A stretch of 32,000 bases of DNA from Desulfotalea psychrophila LSv54. Its GTDB lineage: Bacteria > Desulfobacterota > Desulfobulbia > Desulfobulbales > Desulfocapsaceae. Position numbers and translations under genes: made by a program. Every line of letters starts with the position of its first letter. The first letter of the stretch is position 1. Positions 9,919-20,195 of the stretch are shown here, piece after piece. A model generated the notes under the pieces. The model saw only the letters and a list, made by a program, of their open reading frames with translations, did no database searches and was not told the origin of the DNA. The stretch spans positions 1,470,001 to 1,502,000 of the forward strand of contig NC_006138.1 of the NCBI RefSeq assembly GCF_000025945.1. The letters are read 5' to 3'.

Positions 9919-9919
9919 T

Positions 9920-10675
9920 TTAGTAGAAAACCTGGAACAGCTTAAGACCGTGTGCAGGGGCCGTAGGGCCTGCTGCATTACGGTCTTTTTCTTTGAGTGC
10001 CTGTTCAAACCATTCAACACTCTCTTTACCCCGCCCCACCTCCAGGATTGATCCCACTATATTTCGTACCATATTTCTTAGAAAACCGTCGCCGATAAAG
10101 ACAAAATGCCAGGAGTCCTCTTCGAACTGTTCGTAACGTGCCTCTAGGATGGTGCGGACAGCACCCTTGCCACCGGTACGTGTTTTATCTCTGGATCCTG
10201 TATTTTCAAAAGAGGAGAAATCATGGGTACCGATAATTATCTGCAGACATTTTTGCATTGCCTCCTGATCAATTGGTTTTTCCTGATGGAGCATATACAA
10301 TCTCTTCTGGGGCGGGATTACTCCGCCGGTGAAAAGCCTGTAGTGATACTCCTTACCGGTGGCGGCAAAGCGGGCATGGAAATCGTCGGCCATTTCTCTT
10401 ACCTGAAGAATACGGATTGCACCTGGGAGCATTCTATTGAGTGCCCGTTGGAAATCATTACAGGTCAGTCTGGTATCGGTATGAAAATGTGCCGTCATTC
10501 CATCGGCATGGACCCCGGCATCTGTTCTGCCTGCCCCATGGAGGGAGATCTCTTTTACCGAGAGTCTTTTGAGGCGTGCTTCTATTTCACCCTGAATTGT
10601 GTTGGCGTGGTGCTGTTTTTGCCAGCCGGAATAATCGGTGCCGTCAAAGGCTATAAGTAGACAAATATTACGCAT
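9920..10675 (-). CDS. truA: tRNA pseudouridine(38-40) synthase
   Basis: 251 aa; CLLIAFDGTDYSGWQKQHHANTIQGEIE, GAGRTDAGVHADGMTAHF and FVFIGDGFLRNMVRNIVG. Confidence 0.96.
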   Translation of the reverse strand: MRNICLLIAFDGTDYSGWQKQHHANTIQGEIEARLKRLSVKEISLHGAGRTDAGVHADGMTAHFHTDTRLTCNDFQRALNRMLPGAIRILQVREMADDFHARFAATGKEYHYRLFTGGVIPPQKRLYMLHQEKPIDQEAMQKCLQIIIGTHDFSSFENTGSRDKTRTGGKGAVRTILEARYEQFEEDSWHFVFIGDGFLRNMVRNIVGSILEVGRGKESVEWFEQALKEKDRNAAGPTAPAHGLKLFQVFY

Positions 10676-10759
10676 GATATTTTGTGCTGTCTCCCTGCAG
10701 ACCTTCTCTTGCAGAGGAGGCGCTACAGGGATGGAATTTGGGTAAAGAGGTATGCTCTG

Positions 10760-11800
10760 TTATGGAAAGAGGGGTACGATTTCAAGGCCTTCTTGTTCCG
10801 CAAAGCCGCACATGATATTCATGTTTTGTACAGCCTGTCCTGCTGCTCCCTTGACCACATTATCAATGGCAGACATAACAATAATACGTCCAGTGGTTTG
10901 ATCGATGGCAAAACCTATGTCGCAGTAGTTTGAACCTCGCACATATTGGGTGGCGGGGGCACTGCCCAGTGGTAGCACTCGAACAAAGGGCTCATCTTTA
11001 TACATCTCTTCATAGAGTGCCTGTACCTCGTCTGCCTCTATCTCGCAATTGAGATCGGCGTAGATAGTACTGAGAATTCCACGGGAAATGGGTAATAGAT
11101 GAGGAGTAAAGGTTATATTGAAGTCCGTATTTGCAAGTTTTCCCAGCTCCTGCTCAATTTCCGGGGTATGACGGTGTTTTCTTCCCACTCCATATGCCTT
11201 GAAGCCATCGTTTACCTCACAGAAAAGCGATCCCACCTTTGCCCCGCGACCAGCACCGGTGGTGCCGGATTTGGAATCGGCAATAATAGATTGAGGTTTA
11301 ATAATTCCGGCTCGAAGCAGGGGGGCCATGCCCAGTATGATTGAGGTAGGATAGCAACCTGGATTGGCAAGGAGTTGTGTCTTTGCAATCTGCTCTCGGT
11401 AGAGTTCAGGGAGGCCGTAGACCGCCTGGCTTAGAAATTCCTTGGCAGAATGTTCCTGGTACCACTCCTCATAGACAGCCGCACTGTTGAGTCTGAAATC
11501 GGCAGAGAGGTCGATAACCTTTTTGCCCGCTGCCAATAACTGCGGAACGATGTTCATGGCCGTTTTATGGGGAACAGCGGCAAAGAAAAGATCTGCCCTC
11601 AGGCACAGCTCTTCAATGGTGAGATTTTCACAGATCAGTGATGTTCTGCCCCGTAGATTGGGGAAGACTTCAGAGAGGGCAACCCCAGCATATTGGCGGG
11701 AAGTTACTGCCGTAATTTCAACCTGAGGATGATTACAGAGAAGACGAGAGAGCTCTACGCCGGTGTAGCCGGAGGCTCCAATAATTGCTATTTTTATCAT
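10760..11800 (-). CDS. argC: N-acetyl-gamma-glutamyl-phosphate reductase
   Basis: 346 aa; [54 protein letters not shown] and [17 protein letters not shown]. Confidence 0.97.
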   Translation of the reverse strand: MIKIAIIGASGYTGVELSRLLCNHPQVEITAVTSRQYAGVALSEVFPNLRGRTSLICENLTIEELCLRADLFFAAVPHKTAMNIVPQLLAAGKKVIDLSADFRLNSAAVYEEWYQEHSAKEFLSQAVYGLPELYREQIAKTQLLANPGCYPTSIILGMAPLLRAGIIKPQSIIADSKSGTTGAGRGAKVGSLFCEVNDGFKAYGVGRKHRHTPEIEQELGKLANTDFNITFTPHLLPISRGILSTIYADLNCEIEADEVQALYEEMYKDEPFVRVLPLGSAPATQYVRGSNYCDIGFAIDQTTGRIIVMSAIDNVVKGAAGQAVQNMNIMCGFAEQEGLEIVPLFP

Positions 11801-11920
11801 AATCAGACCTTATAATAAAGGAGTAAAAAGAGTGACACTCGCCCATGACCTATGTTTGTGAGGCTGGGGGCTCCAGTTGCGGACCTCGGCGGAGCGTTTA
11901 CAGGGCAATATCGCAGACAT

Positions 11921-11960
11921 AAAAAAAGGGGAATAACAGTATAACTGTTATTCCCCTTTA
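11921..11960 (-). terminator. Rho-independent terminator downstream of rplM-rpsI
   Basis: Perfect 16-bp inverted repeat AAAGGGGAATAACAGT (11925-11940) / ACTGTTATTCCCCTTT (11944-11959) with a 3-nt loop. The A tract at 11921-11927 gives a U tract on the minus strand. Confidence 0.93.
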
Positions 11961-12028
11961 ATACCTCTAACCTATCGTTTATAAAAAAACATAACGATAA
12001 ATAGACGTAAAGTACAAGCAGATGTCTC

Positions 12029-12421
12029 TTAGCGCTTTGAGAATTGAAACTTAGCGCGGGCACCTTTTTGTCCGTATTTCTTACGCTCTTTAACACGTTG
12101 GTCACGACGAAGCAGACCAGCTTGTTTAAGAGGAGTACGATTCTCAGGATCTGTCTCGAGAAGAGCACGAGAAATTCCGTGAGCAAGAGCATCAACCTGA
12201 GCAGACTTACCACCACCCTTAAGGGTAGCTATAACGTCATATTTCTCAAAAGTATCAGTTGTTTTGAAAGGCTTTTCAATGAGATGCTCTTTGAAAATTT
12301 TTCCAAAATACTCAGTTGTTGCCATTTTGTTTACGATTACTTTTCCGGTACCAGGAGTAAGCCATACACGAGCGATAGCATTCTTTCTTTTACCAGTAGC
12401 GTAAAAACGATCTTGAACCAT
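12029..12421 (-). CDS. rpsI: 30S ribosomal protein S9
   Basis: 130 aa; FYATGKRKNAIARVWLTPGTGKVIVN ... GISRALLETDPENRTPLKQAGLLRRDQRVKERKKYGQKGARAKFQFSKR. Confidence 0.98.
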   Translation of the reverse strand: MVQDRFYATGKRKNAIARVWLTPGTGKVIVNKMATTEYFGKIFKEHLIEKPFKTTDTFEKYDVIATLKGGGKSAQVDALAHGISRALLETDPENRTPLKQAGLLRRDQRVKERKKYGQKGARAKFQFSKR

Positions 12422-12437
12422 GTTTTTATCTCCAGAA

Positions 12438-12866
12438 TTAAATGTCTAAAACAGTAGGTTGCTGAGCTGCATGTGGATGAGCTGCTCCAACATACACCTT
12501 GAGCTTCTTAAGTTGTGCTCTGCCCATTTTGTTCTTAGGGAGCATGCCTCGAACTGCCTTAGTGATAAGGTCGGTTGGATGTTTTTCAAGAAGTTCTTTA
12601 GCACTGGTTTCTTTAATGCCACCAATATATCCAGTATGACGATAATATGTCTTGTCGTCCCACTTCTTACCGGTAAGCGCGATTTTCTCAGCATTTGTCA
12701 CTACAATGAAATCACCGTTATCAATAAATGATGAAAATGTAGGTTTATGCTTACCGCGAAGTCGAGAAGCGATCTCAGAGGCCAAGCGTCCCAGTACCTT
12801 GTTCTCTGCATCGACAACATACCACTCTTTCTCGATCTCGTTGACTGGAGCAAGATAGGTTTTCAT
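12438..12866 (-). CDS. rplM: 50S ribosomal protein L13
   Basis: [44 protein letters not shown]... The ORF track extends to 12980 through the tRNA; the real start is the ATG at 12866. Confidence 0.97.
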   Translation of the reverse strand: MKTYLAPVNEIEKEWYVVDAENKVLGRLASEIASRLRGKHKPTFSSFIDNGDFIVVTNAEKIALTGKKWDDKTYYRHTGYIGGIKETSAKELLEKHPTDLITKAVRGMLPKNKMGRAQLKKLKVYVGAAHPHAAQQPTVLDI

Positions 12867-12894
12867 TGTGTCCCTCAAATATCTATCAGTTAAT

Positions 12895-12926
12895 AAAAAA
12901 AAAGGCTCGAACGTGTCGAACCTTTT
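12895..12926 (-). terminator. Rho-independent terminator between tRNA-Gly and rplM
   Basis: Minus strand AAAGGTTCGA-CACGT-TCGAGCCTTT followed by a long T tract (plus-strand A run ending at 12903). Confidence 0.75.
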
Positions 12927-12935
12927 ATCGTATAT

Positions 12936-13010
<75 letters not shown>

Positions 13011-13301
13011 TCGTATGCGTTTTGTTTTTGACTGTCATTAAGACAGCGACATATATACAGACTTGGAGGTAGCTCGTCAACAAAAAAAGTGTGTTGATCG
13101 CTTTTTTTGTTTTGCTACACCCTCATCATTACGACAAAAAAGGTTAAATTTTGCGGCAACAAGACATGATACAGTTTTGTGGTTGAAAATGCAACGATAT
13201 TATTCTACCCTTTTTAAGACGTCTATTTTATATAGTTTATTCGTCTATGTTAAGATGTTTGTTGAAAAGCTTCCTTTAAATTTAATGGGTCAGGTGTTGC
13301 T

Positions 13302-13901
13302 ATGGTTGTAATTGAAAAAAACAGAAAATCGGCAATAAGCAGGAAAACGACAGAGACAGATATCCAACTGGAGTTGAATCTTGATGGGGCCGGTCAGCAT
13401 CTTATTGACACTGGCGTACCTTTTTTAAATCATATGCTGACCCTGTTTAGTGTGCATGGTTTTTTAGACCTCTCTCTTCGGGCAGAAGGTGATATTGATA
13501 TCGATGATCATCATACCACCGAGGACATTGGTATTGTTTTGGGACAGGCCATTGCTCAGGCTCTTGGTAATAAGGGTGGAATTAGTCGTTATGCTTCGGT
13601 CTACCTGCCCATGGATGAGGCCCTGGTCCGAATTGTAATAGATCTGTCCAATAGACCGTATTTGCATTATAATGCACCTGTTATAGAACAGAAGCTTGGC
13701 ACCTTTGATTCTTGTCTGGTTAAGGAGTTTTTCCGAGCAGTATCGCAACAGGCGGGGATGACCCTGCATATAGATATGATTCATGGTGAAAATGGCCATC
13801 ATATTGTTGAGGCGATATTTAAGGGATTTGGTCGGGCCCTCTCTTTGGCAATAGAGCCTCTTGGTACCGATGGTGCCCTCTCTTCAAAGGGATGTCTGTA
13901 G
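13302..13901 (+). CDS. hisB: Imidazoleglycerol-phosphate dehydratase
   Basis: 199 aa; TDIQLELNLDGAGQHLIDTGVPFLNHMLTLFSVHGFLDL, DIDDHHTTEDIGIVLGQA, and HHIVEAIFKGFGRAL. Confidence 0.97.
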   Translation: MVVIEKNRKSAISRKTTETDIQLELNLDGAGQHLIDTGVPFLNHMLTLFSVHGFLDLSLRAEGDIDIDDHHTTEDIGIVLGQAIAQALGNKGGISRYASVYLPMDEALVRIVIDLSNRPYLHYNAPVIEQKLGTFDSCLVKEFFRAVSQQAGMTLHIDMIHGENGHHIVEAIFKGFGRALSLAIEPLGTDGALSSKGCL

Positions 13902-13944
13902 GAAGGTAAAAATATTTATTATCCATTATAAGGAGACTCTTTTG

Positions 13945-14562
13945 AAAACACTACTGCACGCTATACTCATCTTCACGCTGATCCTGCTTGCCTCATGCTC
14001 GTCTAAAGCGCCGACCATGACCGAGGAGCAGAAACAGGAGGCCGCCCAATCGGTAGCAAGTATTGCTGTTTTGTCAACGACGGTCTATTTAAGTGATGTC
14101 AGTCCCGAGAAGAAAAAGGAGCTCACTGCAGGAGCGGTCTTTGTGGATACGCGAATACAAGAGGAACTCACTGGCAACGCAAAGGTTCAATTTGTGGGAG
14201 ATCGTCAGCAGTATAAAGAGTTTCCAGAGGTGGATGGGGGTCTTAAGGAAACTGCTTTGTCCATAGGTAAGAGCTTTGGCTGTGATGCTGTTCTTGTTCC
14301 AACCCTTGAGCGTTTTGTTGAGCGTGTTGGTAGTAATATGTCTGTGACATCGCCTGCTTCGGCCAGATTTTCCCTTGTTCTTTTAGACACCCAAACGGGG
14401 CAGACCATATGGACCAGACAGTTTAAAGAGACTCAGCAGTCTTTTATGAGTAATATACTGGCCTTTGGCAAGATGCAGGAGCGTGGCCTGAAGTGGATTA
14501 CCGTGGAACAGATGGTAGGTCAGGCAATTAAGGAGCAACTTGCAGATTGCCCCTACCTGTAA
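13945..14562 (+). CDS. Putative lipoprotein of unknown function
   Basis: In-frame TTG at 13945 is preceded by an AAGGAG ribosome-binding site. It gives a short, clean lipoprotein signal, (M)KTLLHAILIFTLILLASCSSKAP. The ATG in the ORF track (13861) lies inside hisB. Confidence 0.72.
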   Translation, partial: KTLLHAILIFTLILLASCSSKAPTMTEEQKQEAAQSVASIAVLSTTVYLSDVSPEKKKELTAGAVFVDTRIQEELTGNAKVQFVGDRQQYKEFPEVDGGLKETALSIGKSFGCDAVLVPTLERFVERVGSNMSVTSPASARFSLVLLDTQTGQTIWTRQFKETQQSFMSNILAFGKMQERGLKWITVEQMVGQAIKEQLADCPYL

Positions 14563-14592
14563 TTAGCTAAGCTGTGGAAGTTATTTGTTTTT

Positions 14593-14620
14593 GCCCTGTA
14601 GCCTTTGCTACGGGGCTTTC
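14593..14620 (+). terminator. Likely rho-independent terminator downstream of the lipoprotein gene
   Basis: GCCCTGTAG-CCTTTG-CTACGGGGC followed by TTTC. 9-bp stem with one G:U pair; the T tract is short. Confidence 0.6.
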
Positions 14621-14633
14621 TGCATTCTAGGGA

Positions 14634-15368
14634 ATGATTATGGCGAAAAAAGAAATTTTACCGGCAAAATATAATAAGCTCCTTGGCAAGGCGATGCATG
14701 ATTATGCCATGCTTGAGGATGGTGATAGGGTATTGGTGGGTCTGTCCGGTGGTGTTGACAGTATGGTCCTTGCCTGGATTTTGCATTTTTGGCAAAAGAA
14801 GGCACCCATCAGCTACCAGATAGAGACTATTACCGTTGACAATGGCTATTGGCGATCAAGCAAGGGGGCTACCGATCCCCAACTCTCTATTGGACCCCAG
14901 ATGGAGAAATTTGGCATTACCCATCGGGTGGTAGATGCCTGGGCCCTGGCTCGGGAGGAGATGACCTGCTATCTTTGTGCCCGTAATCGTCGAAATCAAC
15001 TATTTGATATTGCCCGTGCTGAAGGCTTTAATAAGATCGCTCTCGGTCATCATAAGGATGATCTGTTGGAGACCTTTATGCTCAACTGTCTTTACAGCGG
15101 TAACATTTCAACCATGGTGCCTCATCAGAAACTCTTTGCCGGAAGACTGGGAATAATCAGGCCCATGGCCTATCTGGAAAAAGAGCATGTACAGGAACTT
15201 GCCGGTCTTGCAGGCCTTTTACCCGTGAAAAATTACTGTCCGCTTTCGGATCACACCCGCCGGGAAAAGGTCCGTAAGATCCTTGCACATATTTATGAAA
15301 TTGAGCCAGATGCTAAAAAGTCGATGTTTGCGGCCCTGGGCAACGTCCGGGGTGACTATCTATTGTAA
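14634..15368 (+). CDS. PP-loop ATPase, TtcA-like tRNA thiolation family
   Basis: 244 aa; P-loop variant VLVGLSGGVDSMVLAWIL, CYLCARNRRNQLFDIARAEGFNKIALGHHKDDLLETFMLNCLYSGN. The motif layout resembles TtcA. Confidence 0.85.
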   Translation: MIMAKKEILPAKYNKLLGKAMHDYAMLEDGDRVLVGLSGGVDSMVLAWILHFWQKKAPISYQIETITVDNGYWRSSKGATDPQLSIGPQMEKFGITHRVVDAWALAREEMTCYLCARNRRNQLFDIARAEGFNKIALGHHKDDLLETFMLNCLYSGNISTMVPHQKLFAGRLGIIRPMAYLEKEHVQELAGLAGLLPVKNYCPLSDHTRREKVRKILAHIYEIEPDAKKSMFAALGNVRGDYLL

Positions 15369-15633
15369 GATGGGGCTACGGTGGCAAAAAGGTCCCCCCT
15401 CTGTATAAAAAACTCCTTGCGTGGCGGAGAGAACTGATTATAACATGGCCTATTTTACCATTGGAGCGTGGCTTGAGAGGCTTTTCTCTTATCGCCGGCT
15501 GTTTTGTAGATTAATTAAAATGAAATGGCGGTTACGCCTTTAACAGTTATCTTATAGTTTGTCTTATTTACGAGATAATTTCTGTTGAGCCCTGGGCTTA
15601 GCTCTATTTTATAGAAAACATAACGGGAATATT

Positions 15634-16983
15634 ATGAGACAACGTATAACAGAGTTGCTTGTGGCAAAGGCAGAAGAGCAGGTGGTAACTGTAGCAGGCT
15701 GGATTCGCACCCGACGAGATACCGGAGATTTTTCCTTTCTTGAGGTGAATGATGGTTCCACCCTGATAAATATGCAGGTTATTGCCGACAAGAGCCTTGG
15801 CAATTATGAGGAAGAGGTAAAAAAACTGAGCACCGGATGTTCCGTGATGGTTGAAGGGGTTCTGAAAGAGTCTCCGGCAAAGGGGCAAAGTGTTGAGGTA
15901 CACGCCTCTTCGGTGACCGTTGTTGGTTGGGCAGATCCAGAGACCTATCCTCTGCAGAAAAAACGACATTCCCTGGAGTTTTTGCGTGAGATAAGCCATC
16001 TACGTCCACGTACCAATGCCATTAGTGCCGTTGCCCGGGTGCGTTCACGGCTCTCCTATGCGGTGCATAATTTCTTTCAGGAGAAGGGCTTTACCCAGGT
16101 TCATACTCCTATTATTACCACCAGTGACTGTGAGGGGGCGGGAGAGATGTTTCAGGTAGCTGCCACCGGTAAGGATGGCCATTTCTTTGGCGCTCCGGCT
16201 GGACTTACCGTAAGTGGTCAGTTGCAGGCTGAGGTTTACGCCACCGCCCTGGGTGATGTCTATACCTTCGGCCCCACCTTTCGTGCAGAAAACTCTAACA
16301 CCAGTCGTCACCTTGCAGAGTTCTGGATGATTGAACCCGAGATGGCCTTTTGTGATCTGCAGGGGGATATGGAGGTGGCAGAGGAGATGTTGAAGTATGT
16401 GCTGGCAGATGTGCTGGAGCACTGTGTAACGGATATGAACCTCTTTGATAAGTTTATCTCCAAGGGGATCATTGAACGTCTCCAGTCTGTTCTGGCGCAT
16501 GATTTTGCCCGTGTGACCTATACCGAGGCTGTGGATCAGCTTCTTGCCTCGGGACAGAAATTTGATTTTGCCGTGAAATGGGGGATTGATCTTCAGTCTG
16601 AGCATGAGCGTTATCTGACCGAACAGGTATACAAGAGGCCCCTGATTGTAACGGATTATCCTGCTGCCATTAAACCGTTTTATATGCGTATGAATGAGGA
16701 TGGCAAGACCGTTGCTGCCATGGATATTCTGGTGCCGGGTATTGGTGAGTTGGTGGGTGGTAGTCAGCGTGAAGAACGCTACGATCTGCTCGCTGAGCGG
16801 ATGGAGGCAGCAGGTCTTGATCTGGAAGAATATGGGTGGTATTTGGATCTTCGTAAGTATGGTACAGTGCCCCACGCGGGTTTTGGCCTCGGTTTTGAGA
16901 GACTGGTTCAGTTTGTCACAGGCATGGCTAATATCCGCGAGGTAATACCCTTTCCGCGCACCCCGGGTTTTGCCCCCTGCTAG
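15634..16983 (+). CDS. asnS: Asparaginyl-tRNA synthetase
   Basis: 449 aa; OB-fold [33 protein letters not shown], class II motifs [22 protein letters not shown] and [32 protein letters not shown]. Confidence 0.95.
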   Translation: MRQRITELLVAKAEEQVVTVAGWIRTRRDTGDFSFLEVNDGSTLINMQVIADKSLGNYEEEVKKLSTGCSVMVEGVLKESPAKGQSVEVHASSVTVVGWADPETYPLQKKRHSLEFLREISHLRPRTNAISAVARVRSRLSYAVHNFFQEKGFTQVHTPIITTSDCEGAGEMFQVAATGKDGHFFGAPAGLTVSGQLQAEVYATALGDVYTFGPTFRAENSNTSRHLAEFWMIEPEMAFCDLQGDMEVAEEMLKYVLADVLEHCVTDMNLFDKFISKGIIERLQSVLAHDFARVTYTEAVDQLLASGQKFDFAVKWGIDLQSEHERYLTEQVYKRPLIVTDYPAAIKPFYMRMNEDGKTVAAMDILVPGIGELVGGSQREERYDLLAERMEAAGLDLEEYGWYLDLRKYGTVPHAGFGLGFERLVQFVTGMANIREVIPFPRTPGFAPC

Positions 16984-17109
16984 AGAGGCCTTTTTTGCGA
17001 GATTCCGCCCCATGGCGTGGCTGGGGCGGTAGTAGCTGATAGAGAATAAGAATGCGGGCACAATCTTGCAGTCTATTTCTAGAAATGAAATGTAGAGAGG
17101 AGTTTGTTT

Positions 17110-17792
17110 TGAGCAAGGGCCCAGGTGTAGAGAAGATGTTTGATGCTATTGCCGGACGTTATGACCTGATGAATAAGGTGATGACCATGGGCCAGGATCA
17201 GCGTTGGCGTAGGTTTGTTGTGGCCAAAGCAGGAGACCCGGGTGCAGGGCAGGTTCTGGATCTTGCCACGGGCACCGGTGATATTGCCGCATTGATGCAC
17301 AGGTCCTATCCAAGGGCCCAGGTAACAGGCGGAGATTTTTCCCGGAATATGCTCGAGGAGGCGAAGAAGAGGTTTGCGGGCCAGGGCATTGATTGGCAGG
17401 TCTGTGATGCCAATAAGCTTCCCTTTGCAGACAATACCTTTGAGGCCGTAACCTTTGGTTATTTGCTGAGAAATGTTGATGATGCCTCTTCGGTTCTGGC
17501 CGAAGTGTACCGCGTGTTGAAACCGGGTGGGCGTTGTGTCTGTCTTGATACCACACCCCCTGCTAAGAATATTATTTACCCCTTTGTTCAGTTTTACTTC
17601 CGTTACGGAATCCCTCTATTGGGCCGGATGATAGCCGCCGATGAGGCAGCTTATGCCTATTTGAGTGGCTCGACGATGGAATTTCATTCTGCTGAGGTGC
17701 TTGCCGATCTTTTTCGTGGGGCCGGTTTTGTTGATGTCCATTATAAGAAATTTATGCTGGGAACGATCGGAATCCATTGGGGAGTGAAATAA
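17110..17792 (+). CDS. ubiE: Demethylmenaquinone methyltransferase / UbiE-family SAM methyltransferase
   Basis: VEKMFDAIAGRYDLMNKVMTMGQDQRWRR, VLDLATGTGDIA, FAVTFGYLLRNV-type motif and GGRCVCLDTTPP. The exact start is uncertain: the TTG near 17110 is suggested by a nearby GAGG, while the ORF track uses an ATG at 17052. Confidence 0.88.
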
Positions 17793-19726
17793 TGTTTGGT
17801 GAAGGAAGGCTAGATGCAAAGTTGTTGCCTGTGCGTGAGATCCAGAAGACTCTGTTTGAGATGTTTATCGCCAGTGTTGCCCATCATTCAGATAATATTG
17901 CCTATATATATAAGGTTAACGGTGAAGAGCTGCGGGTAACCTATTCAAAGCTCTTTGAGGATGTGCTTCTGTTGAGCAGGGCCTTTAAGAGGCGGGGCTT
18001 GGGCAGGGGCGATAAGGTGATGCTCCTCTCGGACAACCGTTATTCCTGGATCGTTACCGATCTTGCCCTTCTCTCCCTCGGGGCGGTAAATGTCCCCCGC
18101 GGCTCGGATACCCCCACTCAGGAACTTGAGTTCATTGTTGAACATTCTGAGAGTGTTCATCTGATTGTGGAGAGCAGTAAGTTGCTTGATCTGCATGCTG
18201 ATTATATCAAGAGATGCCGACAGATAAAAGACATCTTCATTATGGTGGCAGGAGAGGTGCATACCCTCTTTGGTCGTACCTATTCCTATCAGGATCTGCT
18301 TGCCAATCGTCAGTATAGCGAAAAAGATGTGAATAATTTTCTGGAAGAGGGTTATTCCTCTACCGAAGATGATTTTGTTACCATAATCTATACTTCAGGT
18401 ACTACAGGGGTGCCCAAGGGGGTCCAGCTCAGCAACAAGAACATTATGCATAATGTTGATTGTTTGCCGGGGATTATTCGTCTTACCGAGGAAGATCTGT
18501 GGCTCTCCATTCTTCCCAGCTGGCATATTTTTGAACGTACTGCCGAGTATGTTGCCCTTGCCGCCGGGACAACCCTCGTCTACTCCACGGTGCGCACTCT
18601 GGTCCAGGATCTGGAGAGATATAAACCGACCCTGTTGGCCACCGTGCCTCGGGTATGGGAATCTCTCTACTCCAAGGTGGACTCAGGGGTACGTAAAAAA
18701 GGAGCAATGGCCTATAGAATCTTTACTTCTCTTATCTGGTGTTCTTCCACTTATCGACGTAACAGAAGGGAATTTCTTGATCGGCTGCCAGTTTTTGCAA
18801 AGCCTAATTCCCTTGTTCGGTTTGGCCAAAAAGGTGTGGCTTTGGTGAAGATGTTGTTCCTTTATCTGCCCTATCTTTTTGCCGAGAAAAAGCTCAATGT
18901 GGTGCGCCAGCGTTTTGGTGGCAGGCTACGCTTGGCGATCAGTGGTGGAGGTAGTCTTGCCGATTACCTTGAAGAGTGGGTTGATGCCGTTGGTATTCGT
19001 ATTGTTAATGCCTATGGGATGACCGAGTGTTCGCCTGCTATTGCCGGACGTGGACTCGACTGTCGGGTCTATGGAACGGTTGGCGCAGGTGTTACCAATA
19101 CCCGGATTCGCTTGGTTGATGATGATGGCCTTGAAGTCTCTCAAGGAAAAGAGGGGTTGATTGAGGTTGTGGGCGATCAGGTTATGGGCGGTTATTATAA
19201 AAACGATGTGGGGAATATCGAGTCTTTTACCGATGATGGTTTTTTTAGAACCGGTGATCTCGGACGAAGGACGATCAGTGGTGATCTGGTCCTAACCGGT
19301 CGGGCCAAGGATATTATTGTTCTCTCCAGTGGGGAGAATATTGACCCCAGCCGGATTGAGAGTGCTATCTCTGTTTTTCCCTTTGTTCAGGATGCTATTT
19401 TGGTTGGGCAGGACAAGAAAGGACTCGGTGCCCTCCTTGTTGCCGACAGAGAAGAGTTGCTAAAGTATGCCGATAGCAGATTTTCTCATCTGCGTAAAGC
19501 CAGTCAAGAGCTTCTCAAGGATAATAAGGTGCTTGAACTGATTCGCAAGGAGATGAACGATAAGCTCCGGCCTAAGCAGGGGTTTAAGTCCTATGAAAAG
19601 TTGCATAAAATTACTTTCTTAGAAAAGGAATTTAAGCTCGGTGAAGAGCTGACCAATACCCTGAAAAAGAAACGTCATGTTATAGAAAAGAAATATCACA
19701 AGGTTATCAACGATTTGCTCCATTAA
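17792..19726 (+). CDS. AMP-forming long-chain acyl-CoA synthetase
   Basis: ATG at 17792 overlaps the upstream TAA (TAATG). Contains VTIIYTSGTTGVPKGVQLSNKNIMHN, NAYGMTECSPAIAGR, DGFFRTGDLGRRTISGDLVLTGRAKDIIVLSSGENIDPSRIE. Confidence 0.95.
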   Translation: MFGEGRLDAKLLPVREIQKTLFEMFIASVAHHSDNIAYIYKVNGEELRVTYSKLFEDVLLLSRAFKRRGLGRGDKVMLLSDNRYSWIVTDLALLSLGAVNVPRGSDTPTQELEFIVEHSESVHLIVESSKLLDLHADYIKRCRQIKDIFIMVAGEVHTLFGRTYSYQDLLANRQYSEKDVNNFLEEGYSSTEDDFVTIIYTSGTTGVPKGVQLSNKNIMHNVDCLPGIIRLTEEDLWLSILPSWHIFERTAEYVALAAGTTLVYSTVRTLVQDLERYKPTLLATVPRVWESLYSKVDSGVRKKGAMAYRIFTSLIWCSSTYRRNRREFLDRLPVFAKPNSLVRFGQKGVALVKMLFLYLPYLFAEKKLNVVRQRFGGRLRLAISGGGSLADYLEEWVDAVGIRIVNAYGMTECSPAIAGRGLDCRVYGTVGAGVTNTRIRLVDDDGLEVSQGKEGLIEVVGDQVMGGYYKNDVGNIESFTDDGFFRTGDLGRRTISGDLVLTGRAKDIIVLSSGENIDPSRIESAISVFPFVQDAILVGQDKKGLGALLVADREELLKYADSRFSHLRKASQELLKDNKVLELIRKEMNDKLRPKQGFKSYEKLHKITFLEKEFKLGEELTNTLKKKRHVIEKKYHKVINDLLH

Positions 19727-19764
19727 TGGAGATGTTACTCATTCATTTTCTTTTACTCAAACCT

Positions 19765-19932
19765 ACGCACCCCCTCTTGTTCTCCCCCTCGCCAAGGTGG
19801 AGAGACTTTCAGCAGAAATATGGCAACAGACGAAGCCTCTGCTCTTGCCCAATCTCCTCTTTTTTGCCCTTTCTCGCATCTTTTCTGCTTTTAGCCCCTC
19901 TCCTTGGCGAGGAGAGGTTGGGTGAGGTGCGT
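19765..19932. repeat. MITE/REP-like element with ~40-bp imperfect terminal inverted repeats
   Basis: Left arm ACGCACCCCCTCTTGTTCTCCCCCTCGCCAAGGTGGAGAG (about 19765-19804). Right arm, reverse complemented, is ACGCACCTCACCCAACCTCTCCTCGCCAAGGAGAGGGG (about 19894-19932). The central spacer carries no supported gene. Confidence 0.65.
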
Positions 19933-20195
19933 TCGTGCCGGAGGCAATTTCCTCCATTCCGTCAACTCTTATCAAGGGAGCAGGTCGCTCGGAACAATAA
20001 CTGTTTGTCGATTTTCAAAAGGTCTCACCTTTTCAATGCCAAAACCCATAAGAGATGGGGGCATTTAAGCGTTACAGTGTACTACATATCTGCAAAGCGA
20101 TAGCTGCCGATAAGAAAATAATGGTAGAGGTAAAGGCTAAAGGAAAAAAGAGGCCCTACCCGTTGTAGGGAAACCCTAAGCTTGCGCTCATGGGA

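Noticed and set aside
15604-17061. Long minus-strand ORFs, including 338 aa at 16045-17061
   Set aside because: They lie opposite asnS, which has all its family motifs. These are shadow ORFs.
19726-20103. Plus-strand 125-aa ORF
   Set aside because: It runs through the inverted-repeat element, has low-complexity composition and lacks family features. Most likely spurious.
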